A stretch of 64,000 bases of DNA, taken from positions 33,604,001-33,668,000 of the forward strand of contig NC_081377.1 of assembly GCF_030684315.1 (NCBI RefSeq). Reading direction: 5' to 3'. A model generated the notes under the pieces. That model saw only the letters and a list, made by a program, of their open reading frames with translations, had not been told where the DNA came from and ran no database searches. This document shows, one piece after another, positions 35,501-51,214 of the stretch (positions are counted from its first letter, which is position 1; the number at the start of each line of letters is the position of its first letter). The translations under genes and the position numbers were made by a program. Origin of the DNA: Stegostoma tigrinum (taxonomy: Eukaryota).

Positions 35501-37994
35501 AAAGGACCACTTGCTAAAAATAGCAAGCAACGAAGTACAAAAGAGGTTGCATCGCCTATTGATGGTGTTTTTATGAAATAGCTGTGTATTATCATTTAAC
35601 ATGGCAATGTGGCTTTCATTGGTTTTGAGAGTTCATGTAAAACAAAATACTTAGTAAATATTACACATCACTTTAGAATTTATGTAAGTGTGGAAAGTTA
35701 CAGTGCAGTAGTTTTATTTAAGTGCTGGAAAGCAGAGGACTGATAGTTCTTGCAGATGTGAAGATTTTGCCCCGAGAGAAGTTTGGAAGCTGAAACCAGA
35801 GCTGAAGGGGAAAATGCACATTCTTAGTTTCCATACTGATACCGCATATATAGCACAAAATGTCATGACCTCTTACACAAGGGATAAATACATTTTAGCA
35901 TCTGTTTACCTGCCAATATTTATTTGATTTGTTTTTAAGCAGTTGAGATTGCTATCAAAGCTGAGATTTAAAAAGATCAATTGATAATGTCCAGGTCAAA
36001 AATGCCATTCAGTTTTTAACTTGAGTTTTTTTTGTTAACTTGTATGAAAGTTAGAGTATTTAAAGGATAGAATTAAGGGCTAATTAATCTAGTCAGATGG
36101 CTGTTTAATCCTGATACAAATTTAGTTCATTCAGAAACTCATTAGAAGACAGAACAGTTTAAGGTCATTTAATCAAGGACACAATGTGATCTATCCTCTT
36201 GCAAATGGTGAATATTTGCTGTTGGCACAGCAGCTTTGAGATATTACTCTGTTATTTGCTTAATAAATATGCACCAAACAAATGTTACTGGAAAAGTTTC
36301 TGAAGTTCAGTGAGAATAATTCTTGCTGGTAAAAACTACAGGCAAATCTCTGAAAACCATGATAATCAAAATGCTCAAACACTACTAGGATCCAATTATA
36401 ACTGATGATATATAAATTATGGTGAATTAGTCTGGCCTGTGTGTGACTACATGAGAGCCACCATTTCTGTTTATTTAAACTTCCTGATGCTATTTTATTA
36501 ATCTTGTTTTCCACCGAGCATGAAAATGTTTATAAGGTGGGGTAAGAATGTATTAGATAAATCATTTTCTGTCCTCAGTGAAGCTTATGTATTGTTCTTT
36601 TCATTAAATGTTTTGGGGAAGAAAACAATGCTTAACAAATTTGGGATGAGGAAAATAAATTCTCTAAAGGCCAACAATATTCCAGTATCCCTGGTAGTCG
36701 GTAACTGAAATAGTGCCTGTCTATTCAGATTTGATTTCAGCTTAACCCAGTCAGTGAAGTTTTTCACCAGCTAACAGAATATTTACTAACAAAAGGCTCT
36801 GCAAAATGTGAGCTGGTTCCCTTTGCTGACTTTCAGGGACTCGAGGGAATAGTGTACCGGGGAACTGGGCAGATCTGTTGCAAATAGGTCTTGCAATCAA
36901 AATGTGTATAATATTAACATCAAGGTAATTGATTTAAGAATTTTTGAGAAAACAAATTCTGCTAACTGTGCAATAGAACTCTGATTGGATGGCAATTAAA
37001 TAGAAGAACTGCAAAGAAGCAGGGGCGCTATGTGTTTATTTTTTGCTCTTGTAAAATTTAACTTTTTTAATTAAGCAGTAGAGTAGTGTAAAATGTTATC
37101 TTAAGAGTATGTGGAACTTTTTAAACACACATTATTGACTAAAATGCAGAGTTCCAAAAGTGATAAAAATTTGTTCATGTTTATGTCCTTCACCATAATT
37201 CTAGGCACACTTACATGAGTAGGTGCTGTGATTTTTGAATGCTTCTTCAGCAATAGATATTTAAAAAGGTGAGGGAAGGGAAAGTCATGCATGTGTATTT
37301 CTCAACATTAATTTTCTGACTGTTACTGGTAAAAGTTGAGACATGACTTGAGCAGAGAAATGGAAAGGAGAAAATGTAAATAACTTGGAAATGTTTCACT
37401 TTTATATGTAAAATACCTATAAACTTACTCATAATTCCAGTAAAAACTACAGTACTTCTATATAATTATATAACGGTGAGTAACACAGCATTTTGTGTTT
37501 TAATCTTTTTTTTAAAGACCTAACGTGGAGCTTCGAAAGGTCAATTATATATAAATCCCCTTAACTTTTCTTTCTGGCACATGAACATTTTATGTAATGA
37601 TCCAATGAAAACAGATAAATACAACTTGACATGGTTAATAAGATGTATGTTACTTTAATTGGTTTGAATGCTTGCCTTGATACAATAATATGCTTCAAAA
37701 CATTGTACTTTGTTGTAATTGTTAAAAACCTGTAAAACTTTACTGCATTAGTTGTTGTATTTCTGCTTAGAGCCGAGAGAATCCAAAATGTACATACTGC
37801 ATTTCAACAACTTTTGTATCCATCTTAGTATTTTTATTCCAAATGATTACCTTATTTGAAAAGGCATAAGATGCATCAGTTCTGGATGATATGGACCCTT
37901 TCTGAATTGGGCTTGTGTAACTCTTATCATAATTACCCATTGTTCTCTATACAGGGATGGAATATCTGTTCAATTAGGAAATAAGACCTGAAAG

Positions 37995-38198
37995 ACTGCT
38001 GATTCTGTAAAGCAGGAACAAAAACAAGTTGCTGGAGAAGCTCAGCAGGTCTGGCAGCATCAGTGAAGAAAAAAGTCAAATTAATGTTTCAGGTCGAGAT
38101 CTGAGTGGCACTGGACCTGAAGTGTTAACGCTGAATTTTTTTTCTTCATAGATGCTGCCAGACCTACTGAGCTTTTCTAGCAACTTCTGTTTTTGTTG
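37995..38198. mobile_element. Older fold-back element of a related Penelope-like family
   Basis: GTTGCTGGAGAAGCTCAGCAGGTCTGGCAGCATC mirrored by GATGCTGCCAGACCTACTGAGCTTTTCTAGCAAC; single-arm relatives at about 57565-57690 and 60447-60565. Confidence 0.7.
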
Positions 38199-38676
38199 TG
38201 ACTGAGACTAGGAACTCAATTTTGGAAACTCACTGATGAAACCTTGCATTACAATGTTTTTTAGTGCATCTATAAATCTGCCCATTGACTATAAGAGATT
38301 TCAGAATTGAAGCGAAATACTAACCATCAGTTAATAATCATGACATCTATTGTGTCAGATCTATGTAATTCCACTTAAACACAGGCAGTAAACAAGAGTA
38401 GAATTTACAATGTTCGATCTTTGAGCAGTGGTTTTCCTTGTCTTGTTCAAGATTTCTGTGAAGGAGTGATTATTTGTCTTTTCACAGTTAAAACAGACTT
38501 TGTAGCTATTCAACCCTGATCAATTTGCGCATGTTTAATTGTGTTGGGTCATCCAGCCATCTAGACACAGATGTTTGGTGTAGAGTAGCAGGACAGCATT
38601 TATTATGCTGTTGAACTGATTTCCACATCTTGATTACAGACCCTATTAACTTCAAATTTATTTGGACAGCTTTTAA

Positions 38677-38904
<228 letters not shown>

Positions 38905-39906
38905 TGATGGGGTAAAATCCAATTTCAGAGTTCTCACTATTATTTTTCTGCACCCATACGTGAGATCAAGTATTGTCAGAGTCTATGGCAGTCTTTTTGG
39001 AGAATTCTGCTCGAGGTACATGACCTATAGGAACATTTGGGAGGTAGTTTGCTGTAGTAACTTAGTGAAGTGAACAGTTCAATTGAAAACCAAAGAAAAG
39101 TTAATTATTTCCATCAGCCAGATTTTGTTGCAGCTATTATTGTGTTTGAACAATGCATGTGATTCTTAATGTGCAAATTGACCAGCAACATGTAGTGAGG
39201 GGAATAGCCAAAATGTGAATTATGAAAAGTATGAATTGCCAAAAATTGAGTGCGGTTTTGTGTCATTCCATTGAAAACATTATCTCAGCCATAACCTGGT
39301 AATTTTCATGAAGTTGCTGCATTCGTATACAATTTACAATGCTGATTAAACTGGCCACAAAATGTTAAGTCTAATCATTTATCAGCGTTAAGTATTCTTT
39401 TAATGGTGTGATTGCTAATCAACCTTTTACTTAGACAAAGAACTTTTATTTCTATGGTATAGACCTGCTGTGAGTCAATAATTGTAAGCATGTAATCTCA
39501 TTCTTCGTGAATTGTTTAATTTGAAATGCCAAATTTTTTATCGCTTTTTCTTTCTTGTCTTTTTTTTTTCACTACTTATTTTTCTGTAGTTGATTTGATA
39601 TTGTATTGATTCATTCCAGTAACCCCTCCTTCCTATATTTATTTCTCAATCGTTCAGTTTATTTGCCCCAATGTTCACCAATCTTGCAGATATCCTTTGA
39701 GTTCAGAATGTTATCAGCTTACCCCTTCTAGTTTTCGGCGCATTTGTTTGTTGGTTTGTTTTAAAAGTGCTATTTCTTGCTTTTACTTATCAAATGCATG
39801 GTACAGGAGGTGACCTATCAAATGTCTGGCTTTTGGCCAGGCCCTGATGCGTTTTGTACTTGTTTTTTTCACTCTTTCTTTTGTGGAATCATTTAGTTTT
39901 CATTAA

Positions 39907-40086
<180 letters not shown>

Positions 40087-42670
40087 TGAGTACCTCAAAG
40101 CTGTCGCTGTTCAAATCGTGGTTTCAATATGTGTGCTGCCAGACCTTGAACAGTGTTGCTAATACCTTTTATTAAGTAATTAATATTCTGAGAGATGGTA
40201 AATTTGGATAAAAAGTGCTATCTGTATATTTGATATTTGCATACAATAAGATTTATTTTAATAGATCTTTACCAATGGGAATTTTCTAAAAACTGTACTT
40301 TTTTACTGTGCAATTTGTTTTAAAACCCAATCCCTTTCAAGCAGCTATTAGTGGACTGACGGGTAAAACTGACAGCTACTTTTTTAAAGCCACTAGCTTG
40401 ATTTTGTGTCTTCAAATTACTGCACACATCCAGAGTAACCTTGATTTGAAATAACCAGACAGTAACATTGATCCTGCTCACATACAGTTCTTATTTATTC
40501 ACTTCCCACGGGGAATTCATTAACCTCAGTGTTTTAGCAGCCCCGCCCATTCTTGGGATGTACCAGATTTCACATTTAATCATGTAGCTAAATTTATAGG
40601 ATATAGTTGTTGACATTTCCCACTGATTTAATGGCTCCATTTTAATAAAATTTGAACCAATTCAATTAAAAGTAACCTAAACATATAATTAAAAGTCTTT
40701 TTGTGCTTGTCTTTCCTTTTCTGCCTAATCATTCTTCTTCCCAACCACTTTTCTCTGCTTTCAACAGTACTTTTTTTCTTTATATGCATTTGTTCCTTTT
40801 GTTTTTGAAACAGTTTAACATACATTTCTTTGGATTTCTCATCAATCTTTCTGCCCATTTTTCGGTTATTCAAAGCCTGGAAGTAGATGTAAATGCTTCT
40901 TTGTGAGATTTTTATTTAGCATCAAAGAGAGAAATTCAACTGTTGACAAGTTAGCTGTTGGTTCCTTGTTGCATGAACAAGATAATTGGTCCATGGAATA
41001 CAAAGCATTAAATATGTTATGGTAAAACATCACTGTGGACTAACTAAACACAAATTAATCTTTTGCTTCCAAGTACTTGCTCGTACAGTAATGAATTCAT
41101 TGTAATGCTGGCTCAGATCAGACTATTTTATAAAGTATCTTTTATTTTTCCCCAAGTGTACTAGTATTTTATAACTAAATGTTTCCTTAAAGTAGTAAAA
41201 GTCTGCACACTGTAAATTTGAATCTCCTCAATGAGCGTGTTTTTCAGTTTGCCATCGAAAATCTGTTATTCTAAAACTGGATGTCCAAGCTAGAATGAAA
41301 TAAGTCCAACAAAGCTGAAACGTTCAATAAAATTGGAAGGATTTAGTGTTATAGTAAATGCTGTGCAGTGTAATTCCTTTGTTTTGGACTCAAATTTTTC
41401 ATTGAGGAGATAGGCTGGAAATTCAGTTCAGAACTTATAACCTGGATTTTAGGATAGAAAGAAATACCTTTTCTCATTTTTCATCTATAAAATTAAAGTT
41501 AACAAAACAATTAAAATAAATGGAAAAGTAGTGAAAGCAATCAACTTTGAAAGCCACTTCGAAATCAGTGTATTGTACAAAGATCAATAATAATTTAACA
41601 AAATAAAACATGTAACATGCTGCTATTCTACACCTGTAGCTTAATTGAACTTGACCTCTGGCACAATGCATTCTCCAATATTTGTGGTTACTGCTGAGTA
41701 ACTCCATCATTTAGTGTGTAAAATTACCTGACCTCCTGCAAAAAGGTGAGAGAATACACACAAAAGCTAGCTTCATACAGCTCCAATAATAAAAGTAAGC
41801 TTTTTGAATTAATTTCAAATGCATTTTATTAATTTTATCCTTTTAAGACATTTTAGGGCCACAAAAAAGGGTTTAGTTGATTAACTTACCTTTTGGAAAA
41901 TAAGCCCTAATAACGCCAAGCACACACACTATATATGTGACACAAGTATGACTCGCTTCAGGTCAGAGAAATGACTTCTGCTTTCACCAAACTGGATTTG
42001 TTTTGGGAGCTTCTGATAGAAATTATCCTCATTTTGCTAATATCTTCAACACTGGACCCCATTAATTTGAGACAGCTACAGACTGCATACAATCTATTCA
42101 CACCGTTACATTGAACTCTCTAATGGCAAGGAGCACTTTATTCAAATTATTCATTATTCAAGTATTCAAATCTGGTGAAAAGGGTTTCGGCCCATTCAGG
42201 GTACCTATTTTATATTCTGCTTATTTTTCATCTTTTGACTGTACAACTTCAGGATTAGGATGTTGCTACCACACTTAATTTGTGTGAAAGTTCATGGTTA
42301 TCTCTATTATGAGGAAGAGTGAAGGTATGTTTCTTCACAGAGAAGAAGAAAGGGAATGTGGTTATACTGAGTGACTCTGTCATGAAAATGTTACTAATTT
42401 ATTTATGTATTTTCAAGAACAAATATCTGATCTCAATGACCACAATAACATTTTATGCACCATGGAAGCTTCTGCTTGATTTTTGAATTATGCAAAATAT
42501 TCTTTAACTTTTTGCAGAATGATGTCAGCATAGGAGGCAGTAATTTGTCATGTTTTCACTGGCTCTCCAAAGGAGCATTTTATCTCATGCTACTCCCCGA
42601 TCTTCTCCCTGTGGCCCTGTACATTCTTCCTATTCAAATAAATAATTCAGTTGCCTCTTGAATGCTGTGA

Positions 42671-42940
<270 letters not shown>

Positions 42941-44891
42941 TGAGATGGAGATAATATGAATTGGTAGTCCTATAATATGTTTTTCCATTGCACTAGTGAG
43001 GTGATATTAACACCAACACCCTCCTGTTCAAGACGGTGTCATGGGTAGCATTTTTGCTTATCTCTCAAAATGTTATATAATTTGTCTTTCGAGTTTTCAA
43101 GTCCCAAGCATATTGCTTGGGCATCAAATCATGTCAATTTGATGCTCTGAAAGTTTTCTAATATAATTAAATCTTCTAAATGGTCACTTTGTCTGTTTGT
43201 TGAAATTTCCTGATCAGTGCTTTACTGTTGGGTGATGCTACTTGAGCACCAGTACCTTTTTATAGAGAATAGATGTTTGAACCTTTCCATAAGCCTTCTA
43301 TTAACAGTGCTCCTTGGGCTTGATTTCACTACAATTAAAAGCAGTTTCGGTATGAGGTCATTAAGAGGTGATAGTACTGATACTCATTCTTCAAAAAAAG
43401 TCATGGAATGACTTTTTTTTGGTGGGCTATTGTTTACTTTTGTGAATTATCCATGGAAACCTAAGTGTTCTGTTTTATCCGTACAAGCTCCCTGCAAGAG
43501 AACTTCAACTAGGCTGTACCGCTTTAGCCACGTTCGGATTATTATCCAATTCCCTTCTGAAGACTGTAATTGAGTCTGCTTCCAGACACCATGTTCTGGA
43601 TCCTGTCCTTGCTATGTTTAAAGGCTCTTCCAGCGATGCATCTCCTTTTACCAATCAATTTGAATCATTGTTCTCAACTCATCTGTCAACAGGAATAGTT
43701 TCATCTCTACTCCGTCAAGTTCCTTGCAATCTTGAATGCCTCTGTCACATACCTTAATCATGTGTAAAGAGAACAGCTTTGCCAGTTGATCTACTTAATT
43801 GACGATTGTCACCCTGGTACTGTTCTGATAATTAGTTTTTGCAAACTCTTCAATGCCTTCACATCCTTTTCAAAACGTGATGTTTAGAATTGGACACAAT
43901 ATACTGGTTGAAGCTGAAATAGTGTTTTATGAAGCTTCACTATAACTGCTTTGATTTTGTACTCTGCCTCTATTTATGAAGCGAAGGACCCTTTAAAATT
44001 GTACCCTTTCTATTGCCTTTCTTTGTTATTACTAGTAAAATGTATCACTTCACTCTTCTTTGAATTACATTTCAAGTGGCACATTTGCTCATTCCACCAG
44101 CCTTTTTCTACTATTTTGAAGCTTATTGCTATTCTCCTCAGAGTTCATAATACTTGTAAGTTCTACATGATGGTATTTTTTGTAAATGGGGAGAGTTGTG
44201 AATACACAATTTAACTTCCTATTTTGTAACAGTTACAAAATTGTGAAATGAAACTTGCATTTAAATATTTAGCTTCTGCATTATTGTTTCTTTCTTTATC
44301 TTATGATTCACGTTGTCATTGCTGCAATCATGTTAAAATTCTTCAGTTTACTTTCAGAATTAAATAAGCAAATTTGATTTTGCTTCCACAATTATCACTA
44401 TTGCAATTATTGGCTCTGCAACAAATACACACATTTTTAAGAATTTGTTAATCTAACACCCTGAATGAGATATGGATAGTGCCAACTAAAGATTGCAAAG
44501 AAAAAAATGAAAATTTTAAAAATAAAAACTGAATAAATTTCTACATCTATTTGCAACAGTTGTCTCTCTCATTGACATAAATGGGATCAATCTAAATTAA
44601 GGTGTTCTAAGGTTATGCGTGTACCACTGTTTATCAGATAGTATACTTAGGTTCTACTTTTTAAGAGCACAAGTTCTTTTAATTCCCTTTGCTGGGACTA
44701 CAGAGCTTATGTGCTTCATGACAGGAAAAACTGACTCAGAAAGTGTGACCGATATTAATCACCAAAGTACAGAGAAAAGAGAAGGGTGAGGCAATATGAA
44801 TCTTCTCACTACTTTAGAAAAGGGCGCTTGTTACCTTTTTGAAAGAATGTTAATTATGTTTGTTGCTTACGTTCATATCTCCTAATATTAA

Positions 44892-45077
<186 letters not shown>

Positions 45078-46729
45078 TGATTTAATCAGTCACTAAAATG
45101 AATTGATTTTTTGAACAACTCAGACAAACTGAATGAGCCCAAAATCCTGAAATTTTAATTTGGAAATTTTAATATAGTCAGCTGGAAGAAGTTGCAGCAT
45201 TCGCTGGACAACTTGTAAAATTTGTGGTGCATTGAGAACCCCAAATTCTCATTTTTGAAAAAAAAATTTTCCATGATGTGAATTTTGAATTGAGAAATGG
45301 ATTTTGAAATTCAATGCAAACTTTAATTAATGGAGAGAAATGTGAACAATGCTGCTTTATCCGATGTTGAAAGCAAAAGGCACACAGTGCAATGCAAACA
45401 GGATTCTATAATGTGATCTAGTTTAGATGATGTCAGACTTAATTAGACATCAAGTCATAACAAAATTATCCAAAATACCTGGGCTAGTCAGTGCTTCTTT
45501 GTTAGAGAAGTAAAGTCAAGATGTAACCCTTTTGGTTTGTTTGGTTTTAACAATTTCATAGAAAATCTTTCCCTGTACTGAGTTCAATACTTGTCTTTCT
45601 AATAACTATAACTGTTTGCTGTCGAGTTTCTTATTGCCAAATATGTTATAACTTGTTGTCCCACTTGTACATTTCTGGTAGGGAAGGCAGAGGAAGTTGT
45701 GCATGGTCTGTGACCAGGCCACAGTCTATGGCCAATCAACTAAAAGTAAAATAGTATGCATTTTTATAACGTATGCTCAGAATTCTTACGTTTTACAATG
45801 ACTATTTCATTCCATGTTTTGGAAAACATCTTTAAAAGCAAATGCTAATAATTTAATCATTCCCATGAGTTAGAATCAAGTGTTCTGGGTTAATAATAGG
45901 GATACATATCCCCCACAGTTTGACTCCCATGAAAGTGTCTAGTTAAAGGAAAAAAAATCTAATGTTGTAAATTTCAGCTTCTTCATATCATAAAATTTAA
46001 TTATTTTTGATGCACACTGCATTTACTTTATTAAAGAAGTGAACTTTTCACAAAGATAGAAGTTTTATAGATATTTGTTACATAGCTGAACTTCATGGAT
46101 CATGAGGTCAAATTTTGGTATTGTATTAAGTCAACTGATTTCAGCTAAGGCAGCAGTAGGGTGCAACATTTGGCTTTAGTGCCCCTCTGCTTCAGAAGCG
46201 TAAATTAGCCAAGATTTCTACTGCTGGTTGTTGTTCAGGTACTACTTGTTTTTCAGATGATGCTTCTGGAAGTTCCTGTGTGCATGTGAGGACAAGATTG
46301 TACACTGTCTGTAACATATCTGACAATTGAACACCAATATTATGTGAACTTTTATATATCATTGTTTGCAATCCCAGGATGTCCCAAGCAATTTACAGCT
46401 AATTAAATACTTTAAAAATGTTTTGGCAGGAACATAACAGTTGCTAGACAGTTTAAACAAAACAGGAACTATTTAGATTTGCCTTCTATCAAGCTGGTCG
46501 TCACATAAAACAATGCTAATAAAGATTGAACTAGTCATAACAATATACCTTTATCAATTAGTTTACAATGAACCAGGCACAAGGAAAACCACCAGTGATG
46601 GAGAACTTTGAGAACCAGTAACCTGCTCCTCCTTAGCATGGTATATTTCCCATGTCAATTCTCAAATTACTCTCACACCAAATTTCAGATGTATTGTCTG
46701 AAAAAACTTCTGTGTAATTACCCAACCCT

Positions 46730-48155
46730 CTTGAGCTGCTTCATCAGTGACCTTCTGACCATCACAAGGTCAGGGTGGGCATGTCTGACAGTGATTGCAT
46801 ATTGTTACCAATTTGCGATTCCTCAGATACTGAAACAGTCTGGGCTGGGCATGTGGCAAGTAACATTTGTACCACACAAATTCCTGGCAATCGGTGTCTC
46901 CGGTAAGAGATAATCTAACCACCACCTCTTGATATTCAATGTCGCCACTGTCACCAAATCTCCCACTGTTCCATCCAGCAAGTTACCAATGTCAAGAAAC
47001 TGAACTAGATGAACCAAGTAAATAAAAGCAACTATAATACCAGTTTAGAGGTTAGGAATACTGCAGCGGCTAACTCATCTCCTGACACGCCAAAGCTTGT
47101 CCACCATCTTCAAGGCACATTATCAGGAGCCTGATGGAACACTCCCCACTTGCCCGGGTGAGTACAGATCTAACAATACTCAAGAAGCTTGACACCATCC
47201 AGGAAAAAGCAACCTGTTTGCACTCCACACCCATAAGCATTCTCTCCTTCCACTGTGGATGTTCCGTAGCAGCAGTGTGTACCATCTGTAAGATTTACTT
47301 CAGATATTCACCAAAGATCCTTAGGTAGCACTTTTCAAATCCAGAACCATTGCAGTCTAGCAGGACAAGGGCAGAAGATACCTGGGAAGATCACCACCTG
47401 TAAATTCCCCTCCCAAATGACTCACCATCCTGACTTGGAAACACATTGCTGTTCATTTGCTGTTGCCCGGAAATCTGGGAAATTGCTGCCTCAGGGCATT
47501 GTGAATCTATCTAGACCTCATGGGCTGCAGTAGTTCAAGATGGCAGCTGACTACCACCTTCACAAGGGCAACTCGGGATATAAATGTCAGTTGAATCAGC
47601 GATACCCAGATCCCACAAAAAGAAAAATAGAAGACAGGAGTAGGAGGATGCCGTTTGGCCTTTCAGGCCTGCTTCACCATTCTTCACGATCATGGCTGAT
47701 TGTCCAACTCAATAGCCTAATCCTGCTTTCTCCCAATTATCTTTGATCCCATTTGCCCCACGTGCTATATCTCGTCGCCTCTTGAATACATTCAATGTTT
47801 TGGCATCAACTACTTTCTGTAGTAATGAATTCCACAGGCTTACCACTCTTTGGGTGAAGAAATATCTCCTCATCTCCATCTTAAATCATCTACCCCGAAT
47901 CTTCAATCTGTGACCCTGGTTCTGGACACAACCAACACTGGGAACATCCTCCCCACATCTGCCCTGTCCAGTCCTGTTAGATTTTATAAGTCTGTATGAA
48001 ATCCCCCTTCATTCATCTGAACTCTAGCGAAACAATCCCAGCCTAGTCAATCTCTCCTCATACGTCAGATCCGCCATCCCCGGAATCAGACTGGTAAACC
48101 TTTGCAGCACTCCCTTGAGAGCAAGAGCATCCTTCCTCAGAAAAGGAGACCAAAA
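46730..48155. mobile_element. LINE 3' fragment (+, 46730-47620) next to a CR1 3' fragment (-, 47630-48155)
   Basis: MEHSPLA..LKKLDTIQEKATCL (ORF 47134..47328); reverse CR1 tail AATGAATTCCACAGGCTTACCACTCTTTGGGTGAAGAAAT. Confidence 0.75.
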
Positions 48156-48429
48156 AGTTGAAATAAATTTGCATTAAGTAGTACAAATTATTTCCATCAT
48201 TTCCTCATAGATTGATACGTTGAGTGCTCATTTATTGAAATATTATTTTGACATATAATTTTGAATTATATCCCCCTTCAAGAGCAAATTATATCCTATG
48301 GTTCTTCAGTTTTGAACTAGGTGAAATTTGCTGTGTTATCTATTTTATACAGTCCTTCAAGTATTCTTGAATTGCAATAATTTCACAGCAGCCTTAGTTG
48401 AGAACACACTGAATTTGCGTCATCGTTGT

Positions 48430-48770
48430 TGTGTTGTAGGTACTTCGCAGTAATTTTGCACGTTGCAGAGTTCCACAAACAGCAATTAAATCTATGAACA
48501 GATCATATACTAAGATTTTAGTTGTGGTTAAATGTAGAGCACTGGGTGATTTTCTTGAATCTTGGTCAAATAGTGCTGTGGGATCCTTTTTATTCCAAGA
48601 GAAAGGGCAAATGGGCCTTTGGTTTATTACCTCTTCTCCTCTGACTGCAGTAATTCTTCAGCACTCTACTGATGTGCCAGCCTTGATTTATGTGCTCACA
48701 TCTCTGGAGTGAGTTTGAGGCAGTGACCTTCTGATGTGTGAATCCAACTACTTAACCACAGGCTGCATTT
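48430..48770 (-). mobile_element. DeuSINE (SacSINE1/AmnSINE-like) relic
   Basis: GGGATCCTTTT..GGGCCTTTGGTTTA..TGCAG..CAGCACT..GTGCCAGCCTTGATT..TGTGCTCA matches the reverse Deu domain as I remember it. Confidence 0.55.
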
Positions 48771-49093
48771 AGTAGCTGTTGGTACACAGGGGCAAAAGTA
48801 TTAAATCTTTATTTATGCTCTCTGGATTATTTTTTGAATGTGTCCTGTTAAGATTTTAAAACAGCTAATAAAATTCCTTGCAATGAACATTTAATTCCCC
48901 AGAATGTAAATGTGTTAATGCAAATGAAACATGCACAGTATTCTATTCTGTTTTAGTGGGGTTGGCTTTATTGTAGCGTTGTATAGTATTACATCATCTT
49001 GGCTTATGAATACTGTAGTAAATGTCATTTGATAAATCTTGTTGTTCTTGTGTCATAGATGAGCTGATGCTCTTCTCTTGTCTATACATGTAG

Positions 49094-49408
<315 letters not shown>

Positions 49409-50166
49409 TAAAGTTACAATCAGACTGGGAATCTCTTGATTAATTTTCTGCAGGACTCATATACAGGGGCTACTTTTCCTTTTAGCTTTTTCCTTTTCAT
49501 AAAATTTGGAGTAGTTACTCTTTAAAGGGGATATTAAAGTACTGCTGTTTATAAATTAAGAGTTCTGTTGGGTGACAGCAAATTATCAAAATGTTACTTC
49601 AAAAGGAGCAGTGTTCATTTAATAAAATGGGCTCATAGGTGCTCAAATCTTTATTTCAATCTTCTGTTAAAGTATTTGTTTTATACATTATTGTTTGAAT
49701 ACTTTGATCCAGTCCAAAGAGAAAATGTTTTTTGATGAAACTTGAGGGTTTGGTTTTACTTCACATTCATTAGTTTGACGTTAATGTCTTAGCCAGTGCT
49801 GTTGGAAAAATTAAAAGCTTAATGCTAACATTTATCAGAATAAAGTTTAATATATAGCTCCTCCCCTTATCTTCCATTCACCTTGCCCTCCTCCCCTGTC
49901 CCTAGTATCGGTGGAGAAACACTGGACGTTAATATGTTTTATATAATGAGAGGAAAAAATGGCTGCCAACAGGAAATATTAATCAGCTAAACGTTACATG
50001 TTTAATAAATGGTGCAAGAAGAGCCAGTTTACCTGCTGTATGGTAATCTACTACAGCAAAGAAACATTTGCCTAACTGTAGTACTGCCATTGGAAAACAA
50101 AAAAGTTATGCATGCAACAAAGATACCATTCTGTGCCTTTGTCCATATATAGTTCTGTTTGTAAAG

Positions 50167-50299
50167 TAGCGCCTAGTTCCTGTAACCAGTTCTGATTGTC
50201 CATGCAGATCTTGGAGGAGCTGTTGTGCAAAAGTAAAGCTGAGTAAATCCAGATGGGTCTCTTTAAATCGAGGCTTGTCTCTACAACTTTGCAACAGAT
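50167..50299 (+). ncRNA. SNORA55: H/ACA snoRNA, SNORA55-like, copy 1 (PABPC4 intron 6)
   Basis: Two hairpins, H box AAAGTA at 50230-50235, ACA at 50294-50296; 3' hairpin AATCCAGA..TGTCTCTACA resembles SNORA55 as I remember it; PABPC4 is the known SNORA55 host gene. Confidence 0.75.
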
Positions 50300-51094
50300 A
50301 TACAGATTTTTAGGATTTCTTCCCCCTTCTTTTCCTGGAGACCGTGACCCCATCTCTGCCATGGTTCCATGAGTACAGACATTTTTTCAGTACCTTCTCA
50401 GTCTATTTCAGAACATTAAGCATCAATGTGTCTTAAAACTTCCATCAATTTTTGGATCAAGTACTTAAATGACTTCCTCTTCATGCATTTGGTATCCCTT
50501 TTGAAACTGGCCTGCTAGGAATTCTAACTCTGCATGTTCCTGAACACAGTCAGAGCTGGCCTGAAAGCACAATGGGATTTCTTGCATGATTTTTCTTCTT
50601 CAGATTCTGGCAGGTGTCGGTATTGGAGCATTCCCAGTAAGTTCATGCCAGAAAACAACAAAAGTCTTGTTGAAAAATGTGCTAGTTTTAGAAAATGTAA
50701 CTATTTTGTTGTAATTCACAGCTCACGTAAAAAGATATTTTGCCTTGAATGCCAAATATAGAAATAGCATTTTTAGCTTTTAATTTGTTATATATTTGAA
50801 CAGTGAATCAATCAAATGGGTAAGTAAAACATAATGACCTAAAAATATAAACTTTAAACTTATAAAAGTCACTTGCACCTTTTAACTTTGAACATTTTTA
50901 ATGTTAGGTTTGTGGCTTTCTAGCTTATGTCTGGTTTGTGTGTATTAGAGCATTGATAGTTTTATTACATTAAGTAGGAATAAAGTGGCAGTGCATTTGT
51001 TAACCATTTTTATTCTATTTTTCAGCTGATAGATTTGAGAATGTTAGTTTGGGCTATAACTGTGGAGCTAACAACTTTACTAAAATATTTTTAG

Positions 51095-51214
<120 letters not shown>

